A DNA stretch of 64,000 bases, taken from assembly GCA_040954595.2 (NCBI GenBank), contig CM082579.2, positions 13,641,834 through 13,705,833 of the forward strand, read 5' to 3'. The notes under the pieces were generated by a model. The model worked only from the letters and a program-made list of their open reading frames with translations. It searched no databases and was not told where the DNA came from. Both the position numbers and the translations under genes were made by a program. Origin of the DNA: Balanoglossus misakiensis. Its lineage: Eukaryota > Animalia > Hemichordata. Positions 9,999 to 22,850 of the stretch are shown piece after piece. Numbering within the stretch: position 1 is the stretch's first letter; each line of letters starts with the position of its first letter.

Positions 9999-12761
9999 TC
10001 TAATGTGGACAATGTCCTACGCGATGTAGCAAGATGGAACTATGTCATCAAAACTGACCTCAACCAAGCTTATTATCAGATTCCCCTAGCAGCAAAATCC
10101 ATGAAATATTGTGGAGTAGCAACCCCATTTAAGGGCATACGAGTTTATACACGTTCTGCAATGGGGATGCCTGGGTCCGAAACGTGCTTGGAAGAACTGA
10201 TGAGTAGAGTGCTTGGACGTCTAATACAAGAAGGATGCGTCACTAAAATAGCTGATGATTTGTATGTTGGCGGTAGCACTCAGCAAGAGACTCTGCAAAA
10301 CTGGAAGAGAACACTTTCTTGCTTGCAAGCAAACAACTTACGTTTGTCAGCCAGGAAGACAGTGATATGTCCAAAATCTACTACCATCCTTGGTTGGATA
10401 TGGGCTAACGGAACTTTGAAGGCTAGCCCGCATAGAATAGCAGCATTAGCATCTGTAAATCCGCCAGCTACTGTCCAAGGTCTACGGTCCTTCGTAGGAG
10501 CCTACAAAGCTTTAAGCCATGTACTCAAAGGCTATGCGGATTTGTTGGACCCGTTGGACAGAGCTACAGCAGGTAGACAGTCTCAAGAGAAAGTATCCTG
10601 GTCAGATGACCTTCTACAGTCTTTCAGAGCATCACAGGAAGCATTGAAAAATAACAAAACCATCACTGTTCCACACCCAGATGACCAGTTATGGATCGTT
10701 ACTGATGGCTCTGTAAAAGAAAGGGGGATAGCAGCTACTCTATATTCGTGTCGAGGTAACAAATTGCGCCTGTCCGGCTTTTTCAGTGCAAAACTGAGAA
10801 AACACCAAATCACATGGTTACCTTGTGAAATTGAAGCTCTTTGCATCGGAGCAGCAGTCAAGCACTTTGCGCCATATATTCTTCAATCAAAGCACGCAAC
10901 GCAGCTCCTGACAGACAGCAGGCCATGTGTAAAGGCATATGAAAAACTAAAACGAGGCGAGTTCTCGACCAGTTCACGGGTATCTACTTTCCTATCGATT
11001 GTTAGCCGCTACCTTATCAATGTACAACATATAGCAGGTGTAGCTAATATTCCAACAGATTACGCAAGCCGTCATCCTGCCGAATGTACTGACAAGAGCT
11101 GTCAAGTTTGCAAGTTCATTGTCGATATGGAAGAGTCCGTTATCCGCTCTATTTCCATCTCTGATGTGATTGAGGGGACAGCAAAGATGTCCTTTACGAA
11201 TCGCGCAGCTTGGAGAGCCGTTCAACTTGAATGCCCAGATCTGCGGCACACCCATTCTCATTTGGCGCAAGGTACCCGGCCATCTAAGAAGTTGGTTAAA
11301 ATACAAGATGTCAAACGGTATCTGCGCGATGTTACCATTGCCAACGATGGTCTCTTAGTAGTGACTGATAATCAGCCATTTCAACCTACCAGAGAACGTA
11401 TAGTAGTGCCTAGAAGTGTCATCGATGGATTACTCACTGCTATTCATATACGTTTCCATCATCCCACTAAACACCAGATGAAACGCCTCCTTCAAAGATA
11501 CTTCTACGCACTCGATATGGACAAGGCCATCGAAAACACTTGTCTTACTTGCCACCATTGTCTCTCACTAAAATCTGTGCCCACAAGTCTGATCCCACAG
11601 TCCACTTCACCTCCCCAACAGCAGATTGGGCGGTCGTATGCTGCAGACATCATGCGAAGATACAGACAATGTGTTTTTGTACTTCGTGAAACCGCATCAT
11701 CATTTACCATGACAACACTTATTGACAATGAGCGCCATGATACAATAAGAGATGCTATCATATCCCTTTGTGCTGGCATTCGGCCACTTGGAGATGATGA
11801 AATAACGATCCGTATCGACTCAGGTCCTGGATTAATCGCTCTTACCAAAGACCCTCTTTTGAGAAAACTACATATCAAGCTGGACATTGGCGAGGTGAAG
11901 AATATAAATAAAAACCCAGTAGCTGAAAATGCAATGAAGGAATTAGGCCTTGAATGCCTGAACATCAATCCAGATGGGGGTCCCCTGACTAGTGTCACGT
12001 TGGCACTAGCAACGGCAAGCATGAATGCTAGGATTAGACGTGATGGATTATCCGCTAGAGAAATATGGACTCAACGAGACCAGATCACTGGCAAACAACT
12101 TCCCCTGGATGACAGACAAATTATCCTAAATCAACACTTCAGTCACATACAAAACCATGCATCAAGTTCCAAAAGCAAAGCCCATGGTAAAACAGTTATG
12201 GCAACCAATAACTTCAAAGTTGGGGATCTTGTCTACCTGTATAGAGAAAGAGATAAAACCCGCGCCAGGGATAAATATCTGGTAACCAGTATAACCGACG
12301 ATAAATGCCAAATAAGAAAATTTACCAATACACAGTTACGCTCGAAGACGTATAACGTCAAGCTTTCGGACTGTTATCCCATCAGGCCCACTGTATTGTC
12401 ACAGTCAGGTCCAATCAGAGGCCTTGACAAGATTAATGATGACGATGCAGCTCCGATGGAAGAAACAAACCAAACCGTGTCAAAATCTCTTCTGCCGCTG
12501 ACACCAGCAGAGGCAACACATACACATTCAGTAATATCGACACCAAATTTGGCGGACATACCAAATGCTGAATTGACTATACCGGCACCACCAAATAGCC
12601 CACCAATAAATATAGCGCCATCGCCACTTTTATCACCATCATCTTCACCATGCAAGGGCAACAGCAACAATAGTACGTCCCCAGTGAAAGAGCTACGTCG
12701 ATCCTCGAGAATTAGGAAACCACCATCGTGGCAAGAATCTGGAGACTGGATACTTAAATAA
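9999..12761 (+). CDS. Gypsy pol (RT, RNase H, integrase), 5'-truncated but open
   Basis: Motifs KTDLNQAYYQ, MGMPGS, IADDL, VTDGS, CEIEAL, LTDS, integrase Zn finger H..HHP...CLTC and core AADI/IDSG/VAE. About 920 open codons. Confidence 0.92.
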   Translation, partial: SNVDNVLRDVARWNYVIKTDLNQAYYQIPLAAKSMKYCGVATPFKGIRVYTRSAMGMPGSETCLEELMSRVLGRLIQEGCVTKIADDLYVGGSTQQETLQNWKRTLSCLQANNLRLSARKTVICPKSTTILGWIWANGTLKASPHRIAALASVNPPATVQGLRSFVGAYKALSHVLKGYADLLDPLDRATAGRQSQEKVSWSDDLLQSFRASQEALKNNKTITVPHPDDQLWIVTDGSVKERGIAATLYSCRGNKLRLSGFFSAKLRKHQITWLPCEIEALCIGAAVKHFAPYILQSKHATQLLTDSRPCVKAYEKLKRGEFSTSSRVSTFLSIVSRYLINVQHIAGVANIPTDYASRHPAECTDKSCQVCKFIVDMEESVIRSISISDVIEGTAKMSFTNRAAWRAVQLECPDLRHTHSHLAQGTRPSKKLVKIQDVKRYLRDVTIANDGLLVVTDNQPFQPTRERIVVPRSVIDGLLTAIHIRFHHPTKHQMKRLLQRYFYALDMDKAIENTCLTCHHCLSLKSVPTSLIPQSTSPPQQQIGRSYAADIMRRYRQCVFVLRETASSFTMTTLIDNERHDTIRDAIISLCAGIRPLGDDEITIRIDSGPGLIALTKDPLLRKLHIKLDIGEVKNINKNPVAENAMKELGLECLNINPDGGPLTSVTLALATASMNARIRRDGLSAREIWTQRDQITGKQLPLDDRQIILNQHFSHIQNHASSSKSKAHGKTVMATNNFKVGDLVYLYRERDKTRARDKYLVTSITDDKCQIRKFTNTQLRSKTYNVKLSDCYPIRPTVLSQSGPIRGLDKINDDDAAPMEETNQTVSKSLLPLTPAEATHTHSVISTPNLADIPNAELTIPAPPNSPPINIAPSPLLSPSSSPCKGNSNNSTSPVKELRRSSRIRKPPSWQESGDWILK

Positions 12762-15700
12762 GTACTGCTTAAAATATAGGCCATAATGATGCCTGTAACA
12801 GGGTGAGAGCCTAGCGCCGCCCACTTTCATGCAACTCGGTGACACTGTTCCATTCGATATTCCACTGTTGTGTTTACATCTTCTGGTTTGGCGAAAACCC
12901 CAACGGCTTCTAGCTCATCAAACTTGTCCTGTAGTGTAATTAATGTTTCTCGGTTGTAATGAGGGAGCCGACCTTTCCTTTGTGGAGGTAATAGCGGGCC
13001 CATATTGACGGTGGCTTCAATACGCCCACTAGCTCCATTATATTTAGATATTGTCGGATTGAAGACATCATCATATTGTTGATGCAATTTGATAAATTCA
13101 TCCTTAATGGAGCGTGTAAGTTGATTGTCTGGGTCAAGGGATATTCCAGATGAGAATGGTTCACGTACACCGGTACTTGGCAAAGCAGATGTAGTGGACT
13201 GGGTACTTTTACCTGCGTCAGACAAAGGAGCAGGAGATAGTAGTCGTACTTGACAGAGGTGATCATGGCGTTTAAGTAGGATAGGTTCTGATGTCGAGTT
13301 TATAATACGTAATGTATGGTCGACAGATTGTATTTCCTGGGGTTGAGGCCAAGCAGATGTAGCTTTTATTGATTGATTCAGAGGATTGTCGTAACGGGGT
13401 TCCAGAGCTAATAATGAATCTGGGTTACAGGAGGGGGGTGTTTCAAGTTCGATAAATTCCCCTGGAAGTATAGAGTACGTTTTGATGGACAACGGATTAA
13501 ATAGGCTTGTGTACGGCGGATCGAAGCAATGTGGTGTTGTTGCTGGCCATAATAAATAATATCTGACCCTTTGATAACGATCTGCCTCTTAGCAGGGCGT
13601 GTAGCGATATCATTACTGACATGAAAGGGATTCCCAGCCAAGACATCAACATCAAGGTTTTCCACCACCAAAGCATCTAAAGTAAAGGTATAACTTCCTC
13701 GTGACAATTGGCAGTGAACTTCTCCAATGACATCCATTGGCGTAATCCCGTCAGCCTGGCGGGCCATCTGTGAAGCAGGGGTTATAGGTAGACCAATAGA
13801 TCTAGCAAAAGCAGACTTGATCATATTTGTAGTTGCACCTGTATCAAGAGTTACCTTCACAGGATAATGCTGGTAGAATGTGTTGAGAAAGGGCGACTGA
13901 ATTATATTGACACGCATGACATGTGGTTCATCGATGAGGGCATTTACAGGATTCTCGTCTGGTCTGGATTCGTAATCAACTGTATCGGAGGGATTGTAAT
14001 AATCAATCTCTTCATCATCATTCTGAACATAACGGGAGCGACTGAAGTTCGCTCTATCTTCATCTGGTAGAAATCTGCAGTCGACGAGGGAGTGTGACGT
14101 GAAATTTTGTCTACCTGCAGTTCTACATAAGATACATGATTTTACAGGCTGTCTACGACGTGGAAATGGCCGGTTTGTACGCGAAAACGGCTTATATGGC
14201 TGCGGCTTATATGCATTAAAAATGCCGGTACGCATAACTTTGCTGTCCTCTATGCTATGCAACTCATCTAAAAGTGATGGCATTGCCTGAGAGATTTCCG
14301 GTTTAAGTGAAGCGAGCGATTTATTGCGTAAGTCAGATCCGTATTTTTGTTTGACCAGTTGAGGTAAGCCAGGGTTGACCAACTGCAGCCAAAGAAAGAC
14401 AATAGTATTTTCTAAAGTTGGTGTAACATCTTCATCTGCAGTAATAACTTCACCGTGGTGAGTGATGCCACCTTCTCTGGTCAGGAGATTATCATCATAG
14501 AATGCGACGATACGTTGATAAAGATCTTCCGGCTTTTCGTCGGGTTGTAAGCGAATGCTACTCAAATCGAAAAAGTGCGCTCCTGTTGATTGGAAGCCAT
14601 AATGTTGACGAATTTTCTGCCATATGTCATTTAATGACGTCGACTGCTTTATAATAGAGTTCCTTGAGATAATCGAACAATAGTTTGCTATTTGACCTAA
14701 CATAAGGTCAAGATGAGCGTTTTTCTGTGCAGCAGTCTGCCTTTGGTTTTCAGGAATTGTCTCATCATCGTCAACAAGACCTCTGTAAGGATTGGCTGAG
14801 GTTTTCTTGTGCCAAGTAAATCCGTCTCTCAAAAATACTCGAAAATTCGGGTCCAGTGACAAGATGTATATCAAGTTTTGTTTCCAATTTTCGAAGGAGT
14901 TTATGGTCTCACACTTCGTGAGTTGCCATTGTTTCGGTGCACGAGCAGTGGCCATTGTGCATAAATTACACAAGGAACAATAGAACGTGATGTCGATAGT
15001 TACGTAAGTACTGCAACAAGGCTATAAATAGGTACCTGAGATGGTGCCTGTGACGAATGTTTTTCCTACCGTAACGTACGTCGGTGAACTTTTCAACAGC
15101 TCAGCTTGGTTGCATTTAAATAGCCTGCACGGGTATTTGGTCCATATAGTCTTCTCTTTGTTGAAGGCTTCTTAGCAGTCGTGGACTCGAAAACCGCTGC
15201 CACCACGGCAATAAAGACAGACCAACTTGACGTGCAATGAACTGCAACCGTTTAATAGCGATCAATAATAATAGACAACGAACAGCAAACACACATACTT
15301 AGTAAATAACATTACCATAACAATGTAACGTGTTGGCGGAAGGTCTGAAGAAATTAGACCAGTTAGTGCGACACGCAATCAATTTGGATTTTCCAGAACG
15401 AGTCATTGATGATAAAAGAGAGCATTCACAGGAGGACAAGAAGTTCCTGAATGAAGTGAACAAGTCAATCAAACTCAAAGATGGACATTACGAAATTGGA
15501 TTACCATTTCGTAGTGAAGAAGTCAGACTACCCAACAATGAGCAGTATGCTCTGAATCGCCTGAAGTCACTTGAGAGGAAATTCAGAAGAAATCCCAAGT
15601 TCCAGGAGGACTATAAGAAGTTCATGTCAGATATAATTGACAAGGGCTACGCTGTCAAAGTTCAGCAAGAGAGGCCACAGCAAGACGATGGGAGGATATG

Positions 15701-18700
15701 GTATATACCTCATCACGGAGTCTATCACCCAAAGAAGCCAGAGAAGATCCGTGTTGTCTTTGACTGTTCGGCGAAGTTCCAGGGGATATCTCTCAATGAC
15801 CTTTATTACAAGGGCCGGATCTGACTAACAATCTTGTCGGTGTGCTGTTGCGATTTCGTCAGGAACCAGTAGCGCTGATGGCAGACATAGAAGCAATGTT
15901 TCACCAAGTACAGGTGCCCAAAGAAGACAGTGATTGTCTACGCTTCTATTGGTGGCCTGAGGGAAACATTAACAGCCAGCCAGAAGTCTACCAAATGCGG
16001 GTTCATCTATTTGGAGCAGTATCATCTCCAAGTTGTGCGAATACAGCCCTACACAGAACTGCTCAAGACAACAGCCACAGATTCAATACTGAAGTCATCG
16101 ACACCATTATGAGAAATTTCTACGTGGACGACTGTCTCAAGTCAGTGAGTAGTGTGCCCGAAGCTATGAAGTTAGCACAAGAACTGACAGCAGCTTGCCA
16201 GATGGGAGGCTTTCGTCTGACGAAGTGGATCAGTAACAGTCGTGAGGTCTTGGAATCTATTCCCGTACAAGAGAGAGGCAAAGAAGTTAAGCAACTGAAG
16301 CTCGACTATGATGACCTGCCAACCGAACGTGCTCTAGGGGTGTATTGGTCGGTCGAACCAGACACTCTGGGATTTAAAATAGACATCCAAGACAGACCTG
16401 TAAGCAGAAGGGGCATATTATCAGTCGTCAGTTCGGTCTACGATCCGCTGGGATTAGCATCACCGTTCATACTGCCAGCGAGAATATTGCTACAGGATCT
16501 GTGCCACCGAAATCTCGGATGGGACCAGACGATCAGTCAAGGAGATCAGAAGAGATGGCGACAATGGCTAACCGATCTCCCACAACTAGAAGAACTGTCA
16601 GTAGATAGATGCTTCAAGCCGGCTGATTTTGGAGAGGTGAAGCGGTGTTAAGTACATCATATTTCCGATGCAAGTCAGCATGGGTATGGAACTGCGTCCT
16701 ATGTTCGCCTGATGAATGAAGACAGAGAAATTCACTGCGCTCTACTGATGGGAAAAGCCAGAGTGGCACCACTCAAGAAGACCACCATTCCTCGTTTGGA
16801 ATTGATGGCAGCTACCGTGGCAGTCAGAATGAACAAGTTGCTGGAGAGGGAGTTGGATCAGCGTATAGATGCGGTATATTTCTGGACAGACAGCATGTCA
16901 GTACCTAGATACATCGCCAACGAGACCACCCGTTTCCATACCTTTGTTTCAAATCGAATCAACATAATTCGTGAAGGTTCGGAAATGCACCAATGGAAGT
17001 ACGTAAACACACAGTCTAACCCAGCTGACGATGCTTCCAGAGGGCTGACTGTACACCAGTTTCTCCGAAACAAGAGATGGATAGAAGGCCCAGCGTTCCT
17101 ATGGGGACCGGAGAATGAATGGCCTACACAACAATCGGTATCGAAGATTATACCGGAGGATGACCCAGAGGTCAAGAAACAGATAAACGCCGTAATAGCA
17201 GACACATCCACACTGGTGATTGATGACATCATATCACGTGTTTCCGTCTGGAAGAAACTCAAGAAGACAGTGGGATGGATTCTTTTGGCGAAGGAAAAGC
17301 TAAGAAGATTAGTTCAACAGAAAAGGATGCTGAGAGAAAATCTCGATGAAGAACCTGAGACGAAAGGTAAAGAAGAGCTCAGCAAAGAAAAGATGAGAAA
17401 GAGGGGAAGTAAGGAGGAAAGTGAAATTCCAGCACTCCCATTCGAAATGTTACAAGAAGCAGAGAAGGCGATTATACGCTTCACACAACATTGTCACTTC
17501 CCGGAAGAAGTCACCGCCCTACAGAAAGGTGAAGAAGTGAAGAAATCCAGCCCGCTTTACAAGCTGGATCCGATGCTGAAAGATGGGATAATACGTGTTG
17601 GCGGACGTCTTGAGCGAGCGTAACTACCAGAAGAAAGCAAGCACCCAATGGTCCTCCCAAGGGACACTCCAGTATCGAGACTCATCTTAGAAGAGATACA
17701 TCGTGCGGTCGGACATATGGGAAGAAACTCAATGTTGGCGAGACTAAGGGAGAAGTTTTGGATCCTGCGAGCAAACACTGCAGTCCGTAGCATTATAGCA
17801 AAATGCGTGATCTGTCGAAGATACAGAGCGAAGGTCGCTGAGCAGAAAATGGCAGACCTGCCGGCAGACCGCATCACACCAGAAGAAGCACCATTCACGA
17901 GAACAGGTGTAGACTACTTCGGCCCGTTGGAAGTCAAGCGTGGTCGCAGCACTGTGAAGAGGTATGGAGTGATCTTTACTTGTTTGGCGACACGGGCTGT
18001 ACATCTCGAAGGGGCACACTCGCTAGATACAGACTCATGCATCAACAGCCTTCGACGATTTACAGCAAGAAGAGGACAAGTGAAAGTGATCAGATCTGAC
18101 AACGGAACCAATTTCGTCGGTGCCAATCGTGAACTACACGAAGAAATTGAGAAGTGGAATCACCACAAAATATCTGAAGCCCTATATCAACACAGTGTGA
18201 AGTGGGAGTTCAACCCCCCAGCGGCATCTCACTTCGGAGGAATATGGGAACGTCAGATCAGAACCATACGGAAGATATTGTTCTCCTTGATGAAAGAACA
18301 GGCTATTCGTTTAGATGATGAAGCGCTGCAGACGTTGTTCTGTGAAGTTGAAGCCATTGTCAACAGTCGCCCCATCACCAAGCTATCTGATGATCCGAAT
18401 GATCTTGAAGTTCTCACACCGAATCATCTACTGATGTTGCAGCCCACACAGAATCTACCACCTGGTATATTTTGCAAGAACGACAACTACGCTCGTCGCA
18501 GGTGGCGCCAAGTACAGTACCTGGCAGACATATTTTGGAAGAGATGGGTTAAAGAATATCTCCCCCTGCTGCAGGAAAGGCAGAAGTGGCTCAAACCCAG
18601 GAGAAATCTCACCGTGGGGGACGTGGTCTTGATTGTGGACAACTCTGCACCAAGAAATTCCTGGCCCCTAGGAGTGGTCATCGATGTGAAAAGAGACAAG

Positions 18701-18847
18701 AAGGGATTTGTGCGTGTTGCAACGGTGAAGACCAAAACATCGACCCTGGATCGACCAGTGGACAAAGTGTGTGTGCTGTTGGAAGCTGATGTGGTATAGA
18801 AACGACTGAAAAGTGGACACATGCAGCTAAGTGGCAATGACAATATA
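12646..18847. repeat. Right arm of the giant inverted repeat
   Basis: Mirror of 3797-9998, including the identical 521-aa ORF (13408-14973). Confidence 0.97.
12854..14973 (-). pseudogene. Mirror copy of Gypsy gag-protease
   Basis: The 521-aa ORF is identical to 7671-9236 and carries the same frameshift. Confidence 0.9.
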
Positions 18848-18923
18848 TGTTTGACAATTTTTGGACCTATTACTAGTTTGGTAATTGCTCAGAAAGCATT
18901 TCCTTACAATTAGGGGACCGGAA
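15327..18923 (+). mobile_element. BEL/Pao pol, 5'-truncated and disrupted, ending in a PPT
   Basis: Same motifs as the left copy. Frameshift near 15805 and stops ending at 16651 and 17623. Purine-rich AGGGGACCGGAA immediately before the LTR. Confidence 0.95.
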
Positions 18924-19888
18924 TGTTACGGCCAAAAATATTTAGCTTATAGTAGCAGTTTTATTGCTATGGTTTCTGTTTGACTTAAATTTGCTTAGTA
19001 CCGACACTTAGGTCAAGGCACTTGTATGACTGTGATTCATACTTCCTGTCAAGGGCATTACCCCCATTACGTAATACCATATCAAAGTTCAACTTCAGTC
19101 AAGTGTAAGTATTAGGTTTCAGAAGCACATGGGTTTTCAAAGAGCAAGCATTGTGCTGAAGAGAGAGTGTCGGTTTTGTGCTTCTAACACACTCAAAAGG
19201 GGACGGACCAGTCCATGAATTGTATTGTTTTGATGGGCTAACAGCCAGGAGGTCACATAATTCTGGTAAGCCTATTTTCGAGCCAAAATATTCTGTAGAA
19301 ATCAAGTTTTATTCGTGGACTGTGAGTACCACACAAGTTGGCCATTCTCTCCTGGCAGAGATGGCATGTGGCAATTTTCAAATCAGTTTAACACATCATA
19401 TTTCATACCAAGAGACTTTCCACGGACTCTGATTTAGACAGTTCATCGGACACAAGTTGCTTTTTGACTTCAGTGATGTATTTTATAGATTTAGAGTTTC
19501 TTCTGTTTGAAAGTGCTTTATGCATAATTAATTAGGCTTTGGAATGCAAAGTACTTTAGAAGCGGCAAGTGCATGCTTCTTGCCTCTAGAGGGCGCCATA
19601 CATAAGAGGCCATGGTTCAAGGTGGTAAACTTGACCTTTGAACCCTCGAGTTGTGTAACAGTGACAAATACTTATGTAGTGTATTATTTTATTTTATTTT
19701 CAGTCAATCGTTCTACGTTCCACGTCTTTAAGTTTACCGTTCCACGTCTATGTATAGTGTCGAATAAACCCCGTGACAAAGAATTTGACACTAGCAGTGA
19801 TTTGTTAAAGAGGGACGCATTGCGGAGAGATCTACCCTGACTGTTTACCCCAAGCAGTGCGCAGCAGACTATATAGTTGGCCATAAAA
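18924..19888 (+). mobile_element. BEL/Pao 3' LTR (~965 bp)
   Basis: Starts TGTTACGGCC right after the PPT. Ends GGCCATAAAA, an 8/10 match to the inverse GGCCGTAACA. AATAAA at ~19763. Confidence 0.7.
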
Positions 19889-19904
19889 GGAAGTCTGTTT
19901 GTGT

Positions 19905-22850
19905 GCCGCTACACGGCCTAAATAACGACTTTTTACCTGCACCACAACGATCTGACCGTTCTTTAGTCACTCCTCGGCGACAAAAGCGTTTTATTACGGC
20001 ATAAATAACGACTTTTTCGCTCCTTGGTTGGTCATGCGGACGGAAAGACACGGTTTTAGCGAGTTTATCTTTCTCTCTCCTGAGCACTCCGTATTCAGAC
20101 TTGCCAAAGTGAACCGCGACAAAAATATGACCATGTTTCCCTGCATGTTTCTTTTACCCGACAGATAAAAACGCAGCGTTGATATTGAAATGAATTGGCT
20201 TTATGAAAATGATAAAAATTACACTGATAATGTCGTTAAAAATTCTCACAAAAAAAAAATAGAAAAAAAAGTGGTCTCGAACCAACATCAGTTAACACCT
20301 TCAGGTAAAAGGCTAGCCTTCCTGAACCATTCGCCATCACGATGCGTACTCGAAAAAGTCGGAAATTTTCCGCACTATATTGCAGCATAACTCCAATGAT
20401 CTTATTTGCACCGCAGCGGTGCAAATAAGAGTTCCCTGCACCGCAACGTTCTGACCGTTCTTTATTCACTCCTCGGCGACAAAAACGTTTTATTACGGCC
20501 TAAATAACGACTTTTTCGTTCCTTGGTTGGTCATTCGGACGGAAAGACACGGTTTTAGCGAGTTTATCTTTCTCTCTCCTGAGCACTCCGTATTCAGACA
20601 TGCCCAAGTGAAGCGCGACAAAAATATGACCATGTTTCCCTGCATATTTTATTTACCTGACAGATAAAAACGCAGCGTTGATATTGAAATGAATTGGCTT
20701 TATGAAAATGATAAAAATTACACTGATAATGTCGTTAAAAATTCTCACAAAAAAAAAAAATAGAAAAAAAAGTGGTCTCGAACCAACATCAGTTAACACC
20801 TTCAGGTAAAAGGCTAGCCTTCCTGAACCATTCGCCATCACGATGCGTACTCGAAAAAGTCGGAAATTTTCCGCACTATATTGCAGCATGACTCCAATGA
20901 TCTTATTTGCACCGCAGCGGTGCAAATAAGAGTTCCCTGCACCGCAACGTTCTGACCGTTCTTTATTCACTCCTCGGCGACAAAAACGTTTTATTACGGC
21001 CTAAATAACGACTTTTTCGTTCCTTGGTTGGTCATTCGGACGGAAAGACACGGTTTTAGCGAGTTTATCTTTCTATCTCCTGAGCACTCCGTATTCAGAC
21101 ATGCCCAAGTGAAGCGCGACAAAAATATGACCATGTTTCCCTGCATATTTTATTTACCTGACAGATAAAAACGCAGCGTTGATATTGAAATGAATTGGCT
21201 TTATGAAAATGATAAAAATTACACTGATAATGTCGTTAAAAATTCTCACAAAAAAAAGAAATAAAAAAGTGGTCTCGAACCAACATCAGTTGACACCTTC
21301 AGGTAAAAGGGTAGCCTTCCTGAACCATTCGCCATCACGATGTGTACTCGAAAAAGTCGGAAATTTTCCGCACTATATTGCAGCATGACTCCAATGATCT
21401 TATTTGCACCGCAGCGGTGCAAATAAGAGTTCCCTGCACCGCAGCGGTGCAAATAAGAGTTACCTGCACCGCAACGATCTGACTGTTCTTTATTCACTCC
21501 TCGGCGACAAAAACGTTTTATTACGGCCTAAATAACGACTTATTCGCTCCTTGGTTGGTCATTCGGACGGAAAGACATAATTTTAGCGAGTTTATCTTTC
21601 TCTCTCCTGAGCACTCCGTATTCAGACTTGCCAAAGTGAAGCGCGACAAAAATATGACCATGTTTCCCTGCATGTTTTATTTACCCGACAGATAAAAACG
21701 CAGCGTTGATATTGAAATGAATTGGCTTTATGAAAATGATAAAAATTACAATAATAATGTCGTTAAAAATTCTCACAAAAAAAAATAAAATAAAAAAGTG
21801 GTCTCGAACCAACATCAGTTGACACCTTCAGGTAAAAGGGTAGCCTTCCTGAACCATTCGCCATCACGATGCGTACTCGAAAAAGTCGGAAATTTTCCGC
21901 ACTATATTGCAGCATAACTCCAATGATCTTATTTGCACCGCAGCGGTGCAAATAAGAGTTCCCTGCACCGCAACGTTCTGACCGTTCTTTATTCACTCCT
22001 CGGCGACAAAAGCGTTTTATTACAGCCTAAATAACGACTTTTTCGCTCCTTGGTTGGTCATGCGGACGGAAAGACACAGTTTTAGCGAGTTTATCTTTCT
22101 CTCTCCTGAGCACTCCGTATTCAGACTTGCCAAAGTGAACCGTGACAAAAATATGACCATGTTTCCCTGCATGTTTCTTTTACCCGACAGATAAAAAACG
22201 CAGCGTTGATATTGAAATGAATTGGCTTTATGAAAATGATAAAAATTACACTGATAATGTCGTTAAAAATTCTCACAAAAAAAAAATAGAAAAAAAAGTG
22301 GTCTCGAACCAACATCAGTTAACACCTTCAGGTAAAAGGCTAGCCTTCCTGAACCATTCGGCATTACGATGTGTACTCGAAAAAGTCGGAAATTTTCCGC
22401 ACTATATTGCAGCATAACTCCAATGATCTAATTTGCACCGCAGCGGTGCAAAATAAGAGTCCCCTGCACCGCAACGATCTGACCGTTCTTTATTCACTCC
22501 TCGGCGTCAAAAACGTTTTATTACGGCCTAAATAACGACTTTTTCGTTCCTTGGTTGGTCATTCAGTCGGCAAGACACGGTTTTAGCGAGTTTATCTTTC
22601 TCTCTTCTGAGCACTCCGTATTCAGACTTGCCCAAGTGAACTGCGACAAAAAATGACCAAGTTTCCGTGCATATTTCTTATACCCGACAGATAAAAAACG
22701 CAGCGTAGATATTGAAATGAATTGGATTTATGAAAATGATAAAAATTAAAATGATAATGTCGTTAAACGTTCTCACAAAAAAAAAAGAAATAGAATAAAA
22801 AGTGGTCTCGAACCAACATCAGTTGACACCTTCAGGTAAAAGGCTAGCCT
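19905..22850. repeat. Tandem satellite, ~500-bp unit, ~6 copies
   Basis: The anchor ..gcc(a/c)aagtgaa recurs at ~20101, 20600, 21101, 21628, 22127 and 22628. One unit has an extra 30-bp internal duplication near 21406-21465. Confidence 0.97.

Noticed and set aside
19905-22850. CRISPR-like array, or real genes from the repeated 60-105-aa ORFs
   Set aside because: The units are ~500 bp with no unique spacers, the context is eukaryotic, and the ORFs are by-products of the satellite.
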